This document shows positions 27,378 to 37,785 of a DNA stretch of 64,000 nt, piece by piece. The notes beneath the pieces were generated by a model that saw only the letters and a list, made by a program, of their open reading frames with translations, had not been told where the DNA came from and made no database searches. Within the stretch, counting starts at the first letter, position 1. The number at the start of each line of letters is the position of its first letter. The position numbers were made by a program, and so were the translations under genes. Origin of the DNA: a virus; IMG/VR virus record IMGVR_UViG_3300042507_005574; one strand, written 5' to 3'.

Positions 27378-28144
27378 GACTAGTAGTTAAAATGCCTACA
27401 AGAAGTAGGCCACAGAAGTTCGCTTCTGTCATTGACCGATATGTTAATTTTGCTTCTGGAATGCGAGATGTTCATTTCGTAATTTCTATGGATCATGATG
27501 ATCCAAGCATGAACAATGATAATATGATCTCTTATCTAATGAGACTTAGAAATCAATTAGATAATAAGATTCATTTTGCATTTGGTTCTTCCAATAGTAA
27601 AATTTCTGCTTGCAATGCTAATCTCGACATCGTTATGTCATTAAATCCCGATGTCATCATGCTTGCTTCGGATGACATGATTCCCGTTATTTCGGGTTAT
27701 GATGACATCATTTGCAAAGACATGGCAAGATTTTTCCCCGATACTGATGGGGTTCTGCATTACAATGATGGTTTTTCTGGACAGGATAAACTGATTACTT
27801 TGAGTATTCTTGGTAGAAAGTATTATCAGAGATTTGGTTATCTCTACAATCCCGAATATAAGAGCGTTTTTGCTGACGATGAATTCACGCAAGTTGCTCG
27901 TATGTTGAATAAGGTTGCTTATATTGACCGCTGCATAATTCAACACCAATGGGTTGGAATTCCTTACATCAGGGCTTCCCGTGGAGAGATTCAACCGCAA
28001 GAAGTTTCCCGTGATCCTCTACATGAGAGAAACGAGTCACAGGAAATGTATGATCATGATCGTATTGTCTATGAAAGACACAAAGAAAATAACTTTGGTG
28101 TCGATGTAAAGGAGAATGAACATGCCGTGGCGACCAACTCATAA
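27374..28144 (+). CDS. GT-A fold glycosyltransferase (GT2-like)
   Basis: MPTRSRP, ASDDM, FADDEF. Confidence 0.8.
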   Translation: MRLVVKMPTRSRPQKFASVIDRYVNFASGMRDVHFVISMDHDDPSMNNDNMISYLMRLRNQLDNKIHFAFGSSNSKISACNANLDIVMSLNPDVIMLASDDMIPVISGYDDIICKDMARFFPDTDGVLHYNDGFSGQDKLITLSILGRKYYQRFGYLYNPEYKSVFADDEFTQVARMLNKVAYIDRCIIQHQWVGIPYIRASRGEIQPQEVSRDPLHERNESQEMYDHDRIVYERHKENNFGVDVKENEHAVATNS

Positions 28145-28718
28145 ACTTTCAATCTTAATTCCTAGTTTGGTTGAAAGAAAGAAGTCGTTAGATCAATTGA
28201 CTCAAGAACTTGATCGTCAGATCGGCAAGAAGAGTGTTCAAGTCCTGTACCTATCTGATGATAGGCAGATGAGTATTGGACAAAAGAGAAATATGTTATT
28301 GATGCAGTCGATGGGTGAATATGTCTCATTCGTAGACGATGATGATTCAGTCAGTTCTGACTATATCGAAAAGACCCTCGCAGCACTTAGCAAGAATCCC
28401 GACTGCTCTTCTCTGACTGGGCAAGTAGTTTTCTCCGATGGCTACTCAAGACCATTTATCCATTCACTTAAGTACGATAAGTGGATCGATGATCACGAAG
28501 GTAAAGTCTATTACCGTCCGCCTAATCATTTAAATGCGGTCAAGCGAGAATTTGCAATTAAAGTCGCATTCCCTTCAATCAATAGCGGAGAGGATAGGTG
28601 GTTTAGTATGGGTATTAAACCGTATCTTAAAAAAGAAGAGTGGATTGATGGAATCATCTACAACTATAGATGTAGAAAAACATTTGAAGAAACACACAAT
28701 AATCAGGTGACGAGATGA
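28116..28718 (+). CDS. glycosyltransferase family 2
   Basis: LSILIP, IGQKRN, FVDDDD, GED. Confidence 0.88.
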   Translation: MNMPWRPTHKLSILIPSLVERKKSLDQLTQELDRQIGKKSVQVLYLSDDRQMSIGQKRNMLLMQSMGEYVSFVDDDDSVSSDYIEKTLAALSKNPDCSSLTGQVVFSDGYSRPFIHSLKYDKWIDDHEGKVYYRPPNHLNAVKREFAIKVAFPSINSGEDRWFSMGIKPYLKKEEWIDGIIYNYRCRKTFEETHNNQVTR

Positions 28719-29380
28719 ATTCAATAATGGTATATCATCATCTCGGTTTAGGAGATCACTTTGTTTGTAATGGATTGGTTCGTGCTGTGCTTGAGCAGAC
28801 AAAAGCAAAACGCTTATATCTTCCAACCAAAGAAAACAATATGGTTACAGTGCAGCAAATGTACTCTGATGATTCTAGAATTGTCTGTCTGCCAGTGAGG
28901 ACAGACAACGATGTATTTTCTCTTCCGGAAAATTCTCATACGAATGGATTTATTAGGGCTGGCTTTGAAAAAGCCACTAATTTCGAATGGGATGTTTCTT
29001 TCTACAAATCCGTAAACTTGCCTTGGGAGATTAGATGGTCTAAATTTTCATGTAACAGGAACAGAGAGAGTGAGAAGGTATTGGAGTCTTTCCTTAAAAT
29101 CTCAAAGGGAGATAAGTTTGTTTTGGTTCATGATCAAGGTTCATTTGAGCAATATCCTATTGAAGTTGCCACAGACTTGAGAATAGTGAAGGTCATGCCC
29201 TATACAAGATCGATGCTTGATTGGTGTGGTCTGGCGGAGAAGGCGGAAGAGGTTCATTGTACAGATAGTTCTTTCGTTCATCTTGCTCAGTGTTTAAATG
29301 TACGCAAGGGAGTCTTTCACAATAATCGAACAAAAGACTTTACTTTTTCATTACATAGTAGTTGGAAAAAAGGAGATTAA
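28715..29380 (+). CDS. GT-B glycosyltransferase, GT9 (heptosyltransferase)-like
   Basis: HLGLGD at the N-terminus and TDSSFVHLA (compare GT9 DSGxxHLA). Confidence 0.6.
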   Translation: MNSIMVYHHLGLGDHFVCNGLVRAVLEQTKAKRLYLPTKENNMVTVQQMYSDDSRIVCLPVRTDNDVFSLPENSHTNGFIRAGFEKATNFEWDVSFYKSVNLPWEIRWSKFSCNRNRESEKVLESFLKISKGDKFVLVHDQGSFEQYPIEVATDLRIVKVMPYTRSMLDWCGLAEKAEEVHCTDSSFVHLAQCLNVRKGVFHNNRTKDFTFSLHSSWKKGD

Positions 29381-29383
29381 ATT

Positions 29384-29503
29384 ATGATAGATGTAATAAA
29401 TTTCAAAGGCAAGGTATACTCCAGATTCCAAAATACAGGTAATGCGTCTAGTGTGGTCATGGGTGAAAAATCTAACCGTAATACAGAAAGCGATGTCCGA
29501 TGA
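29384..29503 (+). pseudogene. 39-aa ORF, probable gene remnant
   Basis: Strong AGGAG SD; MIDVINFKGKVYSRFQNTGNAS...; stop overlaps the next ATG. Confidence 0.4.
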
Positions 29504-30258
29504 CAGAATCTTGCACTACTGTATTTGGCGATGCATGTATTGATAGATTTGTTTATGGAAAATGTCCTAGACTATGTCCAGAGGCTCCTGTTCCCATTTT
29601 CACTCCTTCATTCACGGAAGAAAATGATGGTATGGCGTTAAATGTTGCTAATAATATTAAGAGTCTTGGTTTTAATTGCGTGTCTGTAACTAATAAAAAA
29701 ACACAGATAGTCAAAGAGCGTTTGGTAGACGATTCGACAGATCAAATATTGCTGAGGATCGATTATGGAGACACAGCGTCCCCTGTAGATTGGCATTCGA
29801 TATCGCCTACTGCGTGGGACTCTCGCTGTGCCGTGGTTTCCGACTACGATAAAGGTTTTCTGAACGAGGAAGACATGACTTCCATAGCGAGAAGATTTCC
29901 CATCTCTTTCCTTGACACTAAGAAGCCATTAGGAGAATGGGTTCTTCCTTTCACCTTCGTGAAGATTAACGAATCGGAATACCTAAAGACAAAGGCTACA
30001 GTTTCCAAAGACATTGAAAGCAGACTGTTGGTTACTCTTGGAAATCGGGGTTGTATGTTTGGTGGGAAGATATACAATACCCCTCATAAAGTCATAGTGT
30101 CTAATGTGTGTGGGGCAGGAGATACTTTTTTGGCAGGATTTGTCACGAAGTATATTGAAACTGTGGATATCGAAGATTCGATTAAGTTTGCTTTGTATTG
30201 TGCTGCCGATGTCGTGGGAAGAAGAGGTGTGTCTGTTCCTTTTGGAGAATCAAAATGA
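29500..30258 (+). CDS. HldE/RfaE domain I-like heptose-7-phosphate kinase (PfkB)
   Basis: GDACIDRFVYG...RLCPEAPVP, SDYDKG, CGAGDT. Confidence 0.88.
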   Translation: MTESCTTVFGDACIDRFVYGKCPRLCPEAPVPIFTPSFTEENDGMALNVANNIKSLGFNCVSVTNKKTQIVKERLVDDSTDQILLRIDYGDTASPVDWHSISPTAWDSRCAVVSDYDKGFLNEEDMTSIARRFPISFLDTKKPLGEWVLPFTFVKINESEYLKTKATVSKDIESRLLVTLGNRGCMFGGKIYNTPHKVIVSNVCGAGDTFLAGFVTKYIETVDIEDSIKFALYCAADVVGRRGVSVPFGESK

Positions 30259-30620
30259 CCAAAAAAACTAAGTCTGTTTCCGTTACAAAGGGTTGGGGTA
30301 GCGAAATCATATTTGCTAATAATGAAATGTATTGCGGCAAACTATTAAATTTTAACAAGGGAGCGAAGTTCAGTATGCACTTTCATATGCTCAAGGATGA
30401 GACTTGGTTTGTTGCAAAAGGAAGTTTTTTACTCCATTGGATAGATACTTCAACGGCGGAAAAATTTACTGAGACACTATTGGAAGGTGATGTAGTCAGA
30501 AACAGTAGAGGAGAACCTCACCAACTTGAGGCTCTTACCGACTCTGTGATTTTTGAGGTATCGACTCAACATTTCGACACCGATAGTTACAGGGTACTTC
30601 CTGGAGACAGTCAATCGTGA
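30255..30620 (+). CDS. cupin sugar isomerase-like protein
   Basis: KGWGSE...YCGKLL...SMHFHMLKDETW...H...EVST. Confidence 0.8.
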   Translation: MTKKTKSVSVTKGWGSEIIFANNEMYCGKLLNFNKGAKFSMHFHMLKDETWFVAKGSFLLHWIDTSTAEKFTETLLEGDVVRNSRGEPHQLEALTDSVIFEVSTQHFDTDSYRVLPGDSQS

Positions 30621-31357
30621 TATATTCTTTTGATATAGATAATACCTTGGTCTTAACCGAGGGAAATGACTATATTAATTCTAAGCCTATATTAAATAGA
30701 ATATACGATGTAAATCGTCTATTCGAAGAAGGGCATACCATAATACTGTTCACTGCCCGAGGGTCTGCTTCAGGTAAAGACCACAAAAGTTTAACAGAAA
30801 ATCAGATGAAACAATTTGGTATAAAATATCACCATATTGTTTTTGGAAAACCTGCTTCTGACATATTTATTGATGACAAATCAAGCAATTCCTCTGAATG
30901 GGGAACATCTGTTCCGAACGATAGAGTCGTTTGGACAAATGGGTGCTTCGATGTTATGCACATAGGACACATTCGTTTGCTGAAGGAGTGTATCCAACAT
31001 GCTAAAAATCATGATGCAAGAGTTGTGGTTGCTATCGATTCGGATAAACGAATAAGACAGACCAAGGGGTATGGGCGACCTTATAATTCAGAAGAGTCAA
31101 GGAGAGAGTTTTTATTGTCTCTGAATGGGATCAGTTCCGTACTGACTTTCGACAATAATTTTGAACTTGAATCTCTATTGGAAAAGGCTTCACCTGAAGT
31201 CATGGTGGTTGGAGAAGAGTATAGAAACAAGATTGTTATAGGAGCAGCCCACAGTAAGAGAGTCGTATTTTTTCCTTTAGTGGAAGGATACTCCACAAGC
31301 AAAATACTGAGACATGAATCAAACGAAGAAATTTATAATAACGAGGTGGAAAAATGA
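30617..31357 (+). CDS. HAD phosphatase fused to HldE/RfaE domain II-like adenylyltransferase
   Basis: FDIDNTL, FTARG, GKP, FIDDK; then TNGCFDVMHIGH, KGYGRP, GYSTS. Confidence 0.88.
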   Translation: MIYSFDIDNTLVLTEGNDYINSKPILNRIYDVNRLFEEGHTIILFTARGSASGKDHKSLTENQMKQFGIKYHHIVFGKPASDIFIDDKSSNSSEWGTSVPNDRVVWTNGCFDVMHIGHIRLLKECIQHAKNHDARVVVAIDSDKRIRQTKGYGRPYNSEESRREFLLSLNGISSVLTFDNNFELESLLEKASPEVMVVGEEYRNKIVIGAAHSKRVVFFPLVEGYSTSKILRHESNEEIYNNEVEK

Positions 31358-32298
31358 AGGTTTGTGTAACTGGTGGTGCAGGATATATTGGTTCTCATTT
31401 AGTTTCCTCCCTTCTTTCGAAAGGGCATGAAGTAATCGTCATAGACGATTTGTCCAATGGCGAGTTTTTTGGTGCGGTGCATCCGAATCACAGATACTTT
31501 TCTCATGACATTCGTGAAATTCACTATTTGACCAATGTATTGAAAGATACTGAAGTCTTTTTTCATTTGGCAGCAGACAAAAGAGCAGCAGCAGAGGACT
31601 ATTACGATATATCTTCAGTAAATATTGCAGGAACAACGGCAGTTCTTGAGGCAGCAAGAAAAGTAAATGCTAGAAGATTTGTTTTTTCATCTTCATGCGC
31701 TGTATACACTAAAAACATGTATTCGAAGGGGAAAGTTTCCGAAGCCGATGCAAATGAAGAAGTGGGAACTCAACAAGGAATGTATGGTCTCAGTAAACTA
31801 TTGGGTGAAGACATTTGCAAGTTTATGTCGAAGGGCGGCATGACAACTGTCGCTCTGAGATACTTTAATGTTTGGGGCGGAAGATATTTGAAGGCTCCTA
31901 AACTCCACAAGTCTGCCATGGAAGTTTTTTTGGATAGAAAACATGATAACTCACCAATCAAAATTAATGGTGACGGGACAACGACGAGAGACTTTGTTCA
32001 TGTTAACGATGTAGTTGATTCCAATTTGCTTGCCATGAATCACAAGGTTGATGGTGAAATTGAAACTTTCAACATTTGCACGGGAGTCGGTACTAAAATT
32101 ATTGACATAGCGAAGATGATAGCAGGAGAAGACCATCCCATCACCTATGGTCCTATCTCTGATGTTGAGTTACCTTGGTGTGTTGGATCCTACGAGTTAG
32201 CGAAAAATAGATTGGGTTGGGAACCTGTATATAAAATTGAAGAGGTAAAAGACCTCTATAACAACTGGCTTCGTAGCAAGGACATTAAGGCAATATGA
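31354..32298 (+). CDS. NAD-dependent nucleotide-sugar epimerase/dehydratase
   Basis: TGGAGYIGSH, YGLSK, LRYFNV, RDFVHV. Confidence 0.92.
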   Translation: MKVCVTGGAGYIGSHLVSSLLSKGHEVIVIDDLSNGEFFGAVHPNHRYFSHDIREIHYLTNVLKDTEVFFHLAADKRAAAEDYYDISSVNIAGTTAVLEAARKVNARRFVFSSSCAVYTKNMYSKGKVSEADANEEVGTQQGMYGLSKLLGEDICKFMSKGGMTTVALRYFNVWGGRYLKAPKLHKSAMEVFLDRKHDNSPIKINGDGTTTRDFVHVNDVVDSNLLAMNHKVDGEIETFNICTGVGTKIIDIAKMIAGEDHPITYGPISDVELPWCVGSYELAKNRLGWEPVYKIEEVKDLYNNWLRSKDIKAI

Positions 32299-33410
32299 AA
32301 TATGACTATCTAATAGTTGGGTCCGGACTTTTCGGATCAATTTTTGCCCGTCAAATGCACGATAGCGGAGCAAAATGTCTTGTTATTGATAAAAGAAATC
32401 ATATAGGTGGAAACTGTTATACGAGTAATCACAACGGTATCCATGTTCACGAATATGGCCCTCATATATTTCACACCAATAGTGATAAAGTTTGGGAGTA
32501 CATGAATAGATGGACAAAGTTTAATCACTTTGTTAATAGACCGAAAGTTCGTCATGGAGATAAGGTTTACTCTTTCCCAATAAATCTTCTCACTCTGTAT
32601 CAACTTTGGGGGGTTTCTACACCCCAAGAGGCTAAAGCAAAATTAGAGCAGGTTAGAATCCCTATTTCATCCCCCTCCAATCTAGAAGATTGGATCCTAT
32701 CACAGGTTGGTGAAGAAATCTATAAGAAGTTTGTTTATGGTTACACGAAGAAGCAATGGAATCGAAACCCCAAAGATTTGCCTGCATCCATAATAAAGAG
32801 ATTACCAATCCGTCTTACTTATGATGACAACTACTTTGAGGATCGATATCAAGGAATACCAATTGGAGGGTATACATCTATTTTCTCAAAGTTACTCAAA
32901 GGTATTGCAACTGAAACTGAAGTTGATTTCCTAAAAGATAGAGACTATCTTGAATCCAAAGCAAAGAAAGTAGTCTATACTGGCGCAATTGATGAGTTAT
33001 TTGATTGTGATATGGGAAGACTTGAGTGGAGGAGCCTAAGATTCGAACATGAAACTTTGATGGGAGACTTTCAAGGAAATGCCATATTTAATTACACAGA
33101 AGAAAGTGTTCCCTTCACTCGCATATGTGAGCACAAGCACTTTGAATTTGGTAAGCAAGATCATACTATAATAACAAAAGAATATCCTCAAGATTGGAAT
33201 CAGAATCGTGAGAAGTTCTATCCTATAAATGATGAAGAAAATAATCTCTTGTATAGAAAATACCGTGATCGCCTTAAGGATGAACGATACATACTAGGCG
33301 GTAGATTGGCAGACTACAAATATTATGATATGCATCAAGTTGTTGGCTCTGCTTTGGTGAGATCAGAAAAGGAAATACATAATGAACATAGTGATTGCGA
33401 ATCAATTTAA
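32295..33410 (+). CDS. glf: UDP-galactopyranose mutase
   Basis: IVGSGLFG, HIGGNCY, YGPHIFHT, GRLADYKYYDMH. Confidence 0.95.
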   Translation: MKYDYLIVGSGLFGSIFARQMHDSGAKCLVIDKRNHIGGNCYTSNHNGIHVHEYGPHIFHTNSDKVWEYMNRWTKFNHFVNRPKVRHGDKVYSFPINLLTLYQLWGVSTPQEAKAKLEQVRIPISSPSNLEDWILSQVGEEIYKKFVYGYTKKQWNRNPKDLPASIIKRLPIRLTYDDNYFEDRYQGIPIGGYTSIFSKLLKGIATETEVDFLKDRDYLESKAKKVVYTGAIDELFDCDMGRLEWRSLRFEHETLMGDFQGNAIFNYTEESVPFTRICEHKHFEFGKQDHTIITKEYPQDWNQNREKFYPINDEENNLLYRKYRDRLKDERYILGGRLADYKYYDMHQVVGSALVRSEKEIHNEHSDCESI

Positions 33411-34200
33411 GAATGAATCAAGACGAATTCCCGAGTGGTTGGAATATTATAGAGATCGTGGAATCACCGAATTTGTTTTGGTTGATGACAACTCTACAGA
33501 TAATTCGCTTGAAGCAATAAACTCAGTCAAAGGAGTAAATGTATCTGTTCTGAAATCTGACAGTACAAATTTACCATTTCAAAATTCACTTGACACTGAA
33601 AGATACAAGGGAGATGTTTCTCTCGCAGACAGCATTTCAAGGAATTTTAGAAAAATCCATAAGTATGTTTTAGGTAAGTATGGAACTAATACTATTCTTG
33701 GCTTCTTTGATGTTGATGAGTATATCGTTGGTGAGACCTCAGACCTTAATAAAATAATTAGAGAAACTGTATCTCAATACCTGATGGTTTCGCTTTGCTC
33801 ATTTGAAATTGACTCAGATACTATCAATATTGATTCAAACACTCCTCTGATAAAGCAGAGCACACGATCAACATCAACATTCGGAAGAACAAAATGCACT
33901 AGATGGGGTACAGTCAAATCGTTCGCTAATTTGAGTAGAGAGGATTCCAATATCATTTTTTCCACTCCCATCGAAGACTATGGGGAATCTGTTCACGCAT
34001 GTGGTATTCCTTTAAAAATGCGTGGTGGTAAACTAACTCAATTTATAAATCAACCAAAGAGTGATACTGATGAAGAAGTAACCGATGGTAGACTTCTACT
34101 TGCTCAACCAAAGCATCTAAAGTTTTTGCACTACAGAATTCCTTCTTACGATTTACAAATTAACAAACCACTTTTCGACACCAACCATAGAGTTCCTTAA
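33382..34200 (+). CDS. GT-A glycosyltransferase (GT2/GT92-like)
   Basis: FKNE...EWLEYY...DDNSTD...FDVDEY...HY. Confidence 0.78.
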   Translation: MNIVIANQFKNESRRIPEWLEYYRDRGITEFVLVDDNSTDNSLEAINSVKGVNVSVLKSDSTNLPFQNSLDTERYKGDVSLADSISRNFRKIHKYVLGKYGTNTILGFFDVDEYIVGETSDLNKIIRETVSQYLMVSLCSFEIDSDTINIDSNTPLIKQSTRSTSTFGRTKCTRWGTVKSFANLSREDSNIIFSTPIEDYGESVHACGIPLKMRGGKLTQFINQPKSDTDEEVTDGRLLLAQPKHLKFLHYRIPSYDLQINKPLFDTNHRVP

Positions 34201-34204
34201 TGCC

Positions 34205-34858
34205 ATGAATGTAATATCATTTAGCCTATGGGGCGATAAAGATAAGTACACTAAAGGTGCAATTAGAAATGCAACTTTAGCATCTACCCTCTACCGTGGA
34301 TGGGAATGTAGATTTTACTCCGACGAGGATACTGTACCCAAGTCTATCCTAGAACAACTTGAATCAATGCAGAATGTAAAAGTCATTAGAATGTCGGCTT
34401 CGAAAGAACCTCATTGGTCGATGTTTTGGAGATTTTATGCAGCGGGAGATTCAAGTGTCGATTGTGCTATTTTTAGGGATGCAGATTCTAGAGTCACTCA
34501 AAGAGAAATGATGGCGGTTCAAGATTGGATTGCAAGCGGAAAATCATTTCATGTGATGAGAGATCACCCACACCACGGAGCCAGAATGTGTGGTGGAATG
34601 TGGGGAGTTAGAAACGGTAAATTGCTCAAGATTCGTGAGATGATAGATGAGTACTACTCGACGGAACTCGTTAAAACTGTTGTTTTCGGACTTGATCAAG
34701 ATTTCCTACTACACAGAGTCTGGAATATGGCAGAGGATGACATGATAGAACATGATGAATTTTTTGCCAAGAAGCCCTATCCGATGCAAAGAGATCCGAG
34801 ACATTTCGTCGGTCAAGTATACGATGAGAATGACAATCCATTGAGTTTAGATTTTTAG
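34205..34858 (+). CDS. putative GT-A glycosyltransferase
   Basis: ISFSLWG...MFWRF...FRDADSR...MRDHP...GGMWG...DQDFL. Confidence 0.7.
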   Translation: MNVISFSLWGDKDKYTKGAIRNATLASTLYRGWECRFYSDEDTVPKSILEQLESMQNVKVIRMSASKEPHWSMFWRFYAAGDSSVDCAIFRDADSRVTQREMMAVQDWIASGKSFHVMRDHPHHGARMCGGMWGVRNGKLLKIREMIDEYYSTELVKTVVFGLDQDFLLHRVWNMAEDDMIEHDEFFAKKPYPMQRDPRHFVGQVYDENDNPLSLDF

Positions 34859-34870
34859 GAGACAAATCAA

Positions 34871-35629
34871 ATGAGTCATATAGGAAATAATACTATTAAA
34901 CTTGAAGCAAAAGTAATTTCAATGGTCGGAGATAATCTTACGGAGGAGCAAAAGCGCAGATACCTTCCCAGAAATGAATATCTTATGGGGGAATTTGTTC
35001 CGAAGATGACGAACTGTGGATTTACCACATCTTTATTCCCTGCTATCACACCACAAGATGAAGACTTTTTGATTGAAGATAGTGTTGTCACCTACAGAAA
35101 TCATCGATACACAAGAGGTAAAAATCGACAAGGCGAACTCGCATCAACATTCCAAATAGCATTGACATTAGGCCATCTTATGCTTTGGGAAGAGTCGATT
35201 GCCGAAAACAAGGCTATACTTATCCTTGAGGATGATGTCTATCTCCCAAAAGAAAACGAAGAAATTGTAAAAAATGCAATCGAAGACTTTTTATCTTGCA
35301 AAGACCCAAGAATCGAAAGAGGTATATTATACCTCCAATCTACATGTCCTTGGCGATCTGGAAAACCAAAAAAGGAATATGCGCCATGGGCATTGATGAA
35401 AAATGATTTCGGGTTATTCAGAATGGCCCCCACATGGAATGATACATCGGGTACAGCAGCATATCTAATCACACCGTCTTCCGCATCTTTTTTAGCAGAA
35501 TATGTTAGAAATAGTCCACTTTGGACTCCGGATGGAATGTTTGATGATGCCAAAAGATGCGGAGCAGTTGATTTATATCTACCGAAAGAATATACAAAAA
35601 ACTTTGAACTTCATCCAATTTTCGCATAA
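34871..35629 (+). CDS. GT25-like glycosyltransferase
   Basis: LGHLMLW, LILEDD, GTAAYLI. Confidence 0.75.
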   Translation: MSHIGNNTIKLEAKVISMVGDNLTEEQKRRYLPRNEYLMGEFVPKMTNCGFTTSLFPAITPQDEDFLIEDSVVTYRNHRYTRGKNRQGELASTFQIALTLGHLMLWEESIAENKAILILEDDVYLPKENEEIVKNAIEDFLSCKDPRIERGILYLQSTCPWRSGKPKKEYAPWALMKNDFGLFRMAPTWNDTSGTAAYLITPSSASFLAEYVRNSPLWTPDGMFDDAKRCGAVDLYLPKEYTKNFELHPIFA

Positions 35630-35716
35630 TTGAGAGATAAAATGAAACAATCTAGGTGTGATAATACAGAGTTCGGATTACATTTATGACTGTATTGCAA
35701 AGTTTGGAGGTAAAAT

Positions 35717-36370
35717 ATGAATGACATGATCAAACTAACCATAGGCATACCAACAATACCCAATAGAAATAGAAGATATCTAGAACCATTGGTTTCTAAA
35801 TTAATGGGTCAAGTTGGTGATGCAAGAGATATCGAAATCATTGCGCTGATGGATAATAAAATGATGTCGATTGGAAGGAAGAAGACTCTTCTTTTCAATA
35901 TGGCAAGAGGTAAGTATGCTTGCATCATCGATGATGACGATGATGTTGCAGATGATTATGTTGCGACACTCAGAAATGTAATTAACGACCAATTGAATGT
36001 CGATGTGATTTGCTATAATCAGGAAGCAGACATCAATGGTAAAAAGTGGCTAGTTAAAACTAGTCTTAATCACAACAGAAAGCACCCATTTGATCAGTTA
36101 GAAGTAGATAAGAATGGGAATACCATTCCTTGTAAAAGACCACCTTGGCAGTGGTGTGCATGGAGGACTGATTTCATTAAGACTATCCCATTTGGTGATA
36201 CTAACTGGTCCGAAGATGCTGCATTTACACTTTCTGCTATAGAGGCGGCTAAAAGCGAATTAGTTATTGATAAAGTGATGTGTAAGTATCGGTACTCTCC
36301 ATCAGTATCGGAGACTTACCCGCCTAAACAATCAATTGACCCTAATCAGATGACCCGTGTAACAATTTAA
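35717..36370 (+). CDS. glycosyltransferase family 2 (paralog of 28116..28718)
   Basis: MSIGRKK, IDDDDD, RPP, SED. Confidence 0.85.
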   Translation: MNDMIKLTIGIPTIPNRNRRYLEPLVSKLMGQVGDARDIEIIALMDNKMMSIGRKKTLLFNMARGKYACIIDDDDDVADDYVATLRNVINDQLNVDVICYNQEADINGKKWLVKTSLNHNRKHPFDQLEVDKNGNTIPCKRPPWQWCAWRTDFIKTIPFGDTNWSEDAAFTLSAIEAAKSELVIDKVMCKYRYSPSVSETYPPKQSIDPNQMTRVTI

Positions 36371-36372
36371 AC

Positions 36373-37077
36373 ATGAAAATTCATATTAGTTATGCTCATG
36401 GACGGTATTTGAGATCTCAAGATCATTGCACAAAAACTGCATTAGATCATGGATTTGACATATCGATTCCATACAGAATAGGAGATATAGATTCGCAGTT
36501 CGTAAACACGAACGCATATACCTTTTCTCAACCAAGAGGAGCAGGGTATTGGATATGGAAACCATATTTAATTCTCAAAACCATGGAGAAAATGAACTCT
36601 GATGATTGGTTGATGTATACTGATTCCGGAATGTATTTTGTTCGTAATCCTTGGGAATGGATTTTGCCCATGGAGAATCAAATTGGAGAAAAGGGAATAG
36701 TCACATTTGGTTGCTGTGGAAGAGCCAGACAGTTTACAAAAAGAGATGCATTTGTTTTGATGGGGCAAGACGAACCAAAATACACAGATTCAATTGATGA
36801 AGATCAGAGAATGGCTAGTGTATTTGTTTGCAAGAAAACTCCATTCTCAGTGGAATTCGTCAAGGAGTGGTTAAAGTATTGTTGCGACTCTAGAATCTTG
36901 ACCGACTTACCAAATACACAAAAATTACCCAATTATCCTGAATTCAGGGATCACAGGCACGATCAAGCCATCATGAGTCTACTTTGCATCAAGTATGATA
37001 CTTTCTTGGTCAAAGAAGACATTACGCAGTTCAGTAACTCTAACCCATATTTAATTCATCATAGAAACCCAAATTGA
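36373..37077 (+). CDS. putative GT-A glycosyltransferase
   Basis: GAGYWIWKPY, YTDSG, HRHDQAIMSLL. Confidence 0.7.
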   Translation: MKIHISYAHGRYLRSQDHCTKTALDHGFDISIPYRIGDIDSQFVNTNAYTFSQPRGAGYWIWKPYLILKTMEKMNSDDWLMYTDSGMYFVRNPWEWILPMENQIGEKGIVTFGCCGRARQFTKRDAFVLMGQDEPKYTDSIDEDQRMASVFVCKKTPFSVEFVKEWLKYCCDSRILTDLPNTQKLPNYPEFRDHRHDQAIMSLLCIKYDTFLVKEDITQFSNSNPYLIHHRNPN

Positions 37078-37090
37078 AAGGAAATTCACA

Positions 37091-37663
37091 ATGGAACACA
37101 TCTACAACATGCCAAATTTTGGTCAAAACTGGTTCACTTATCCAAAATTATATTCTTGGTTCGTGCATCAAATGGAAAATGGTTCAAGAATAGTTGAAGT
37201 TGGTGCATGGAAAGGAAAGAGCATTGCTTACCTAGCAGTGGAAGTTATTAACTCAGGTAAAGATATCAAAATCGATGCAGTCGATACATGGGAGGGATCG
37301 CTTGAAGAGATTGACCATCTTCAGGATGTTTATGTTAAAACGGGGAGACTGTATCAATTATTTTTGTCCAATATCGCTCCTGTTTCTAGTGTTGTGAATC
37401 CTGTAAAGATGAAGTCTGTGGATGCTGCTAAGATGTACGAAGATAATTCTATCGATGTTGTATTCATCGATGCTTGCCACACATACGAGTGTGTCAAGGA
37501 GGACATTCTTGCATGGTATCCAAAAGTTAAAGTTGGTGGTTACATATCAGGACACGATTACTCTTGGAGCGATGATGTTCGTAGGGCAGTTGACGAAACA
37601 CTTAAGGAACTTGGTAAGATCGATGAAACCGAGGGGTGTTTTGTGATGAAGAAATTATCATAA
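37091..37663 (+). CDS. class I SAM methyltransferase (Methyltransf_24-like)
   Basis: VEVGAWKGKS, FIDACHTYE, GHDY. Confidence 0.88.
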   Translation: MEHIYNMPNFGQNWFTYPKLYSWFVHQMENGSRIVEVGAWKGKSIAYLAVEVINSGKDIKIDAVDTWEGSLEEIDHLQDVYVKTGRLYQLFLSNIAPVSSVVNPVKMKSVDAAKMYEDNSIDVVFIDACHTYECVKEDILAWYPKVKVGGYISGHDYSWSDDVRRAVDETLKELGKIDETEGCFVMKKLS

Positions 37664-37670
37664 TATCTGA

Positions 37671-37698
37671 TTGACTTTATAACATAAGTGACTACAAT
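37671..37698 (+). promoter_or_regulatory. sigma70-type promoter
   Basis: TTGACT-16-TACAAT. Confidence 0.7.
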
Positions 37699-37705
37699 AA
37701 CTAAA

Positions 37706-37777
37706 ATGCCAAACGACAAGATCGAATTCGTTGTACTTCGTAACTTGTTGTACAATGAAGATTATACAAGATCATAA
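37706..37777 (+). pseudogene. duplicated 5' fragment of the helicase gene (MPNDKIEFVVLRNLLYNEDYTRS*)
   Basis: 37721-37771 is identical (51 bp) to 38407-38457. Confidence 0.9.
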
Positions 37778-37785
37778 GGATTAAC

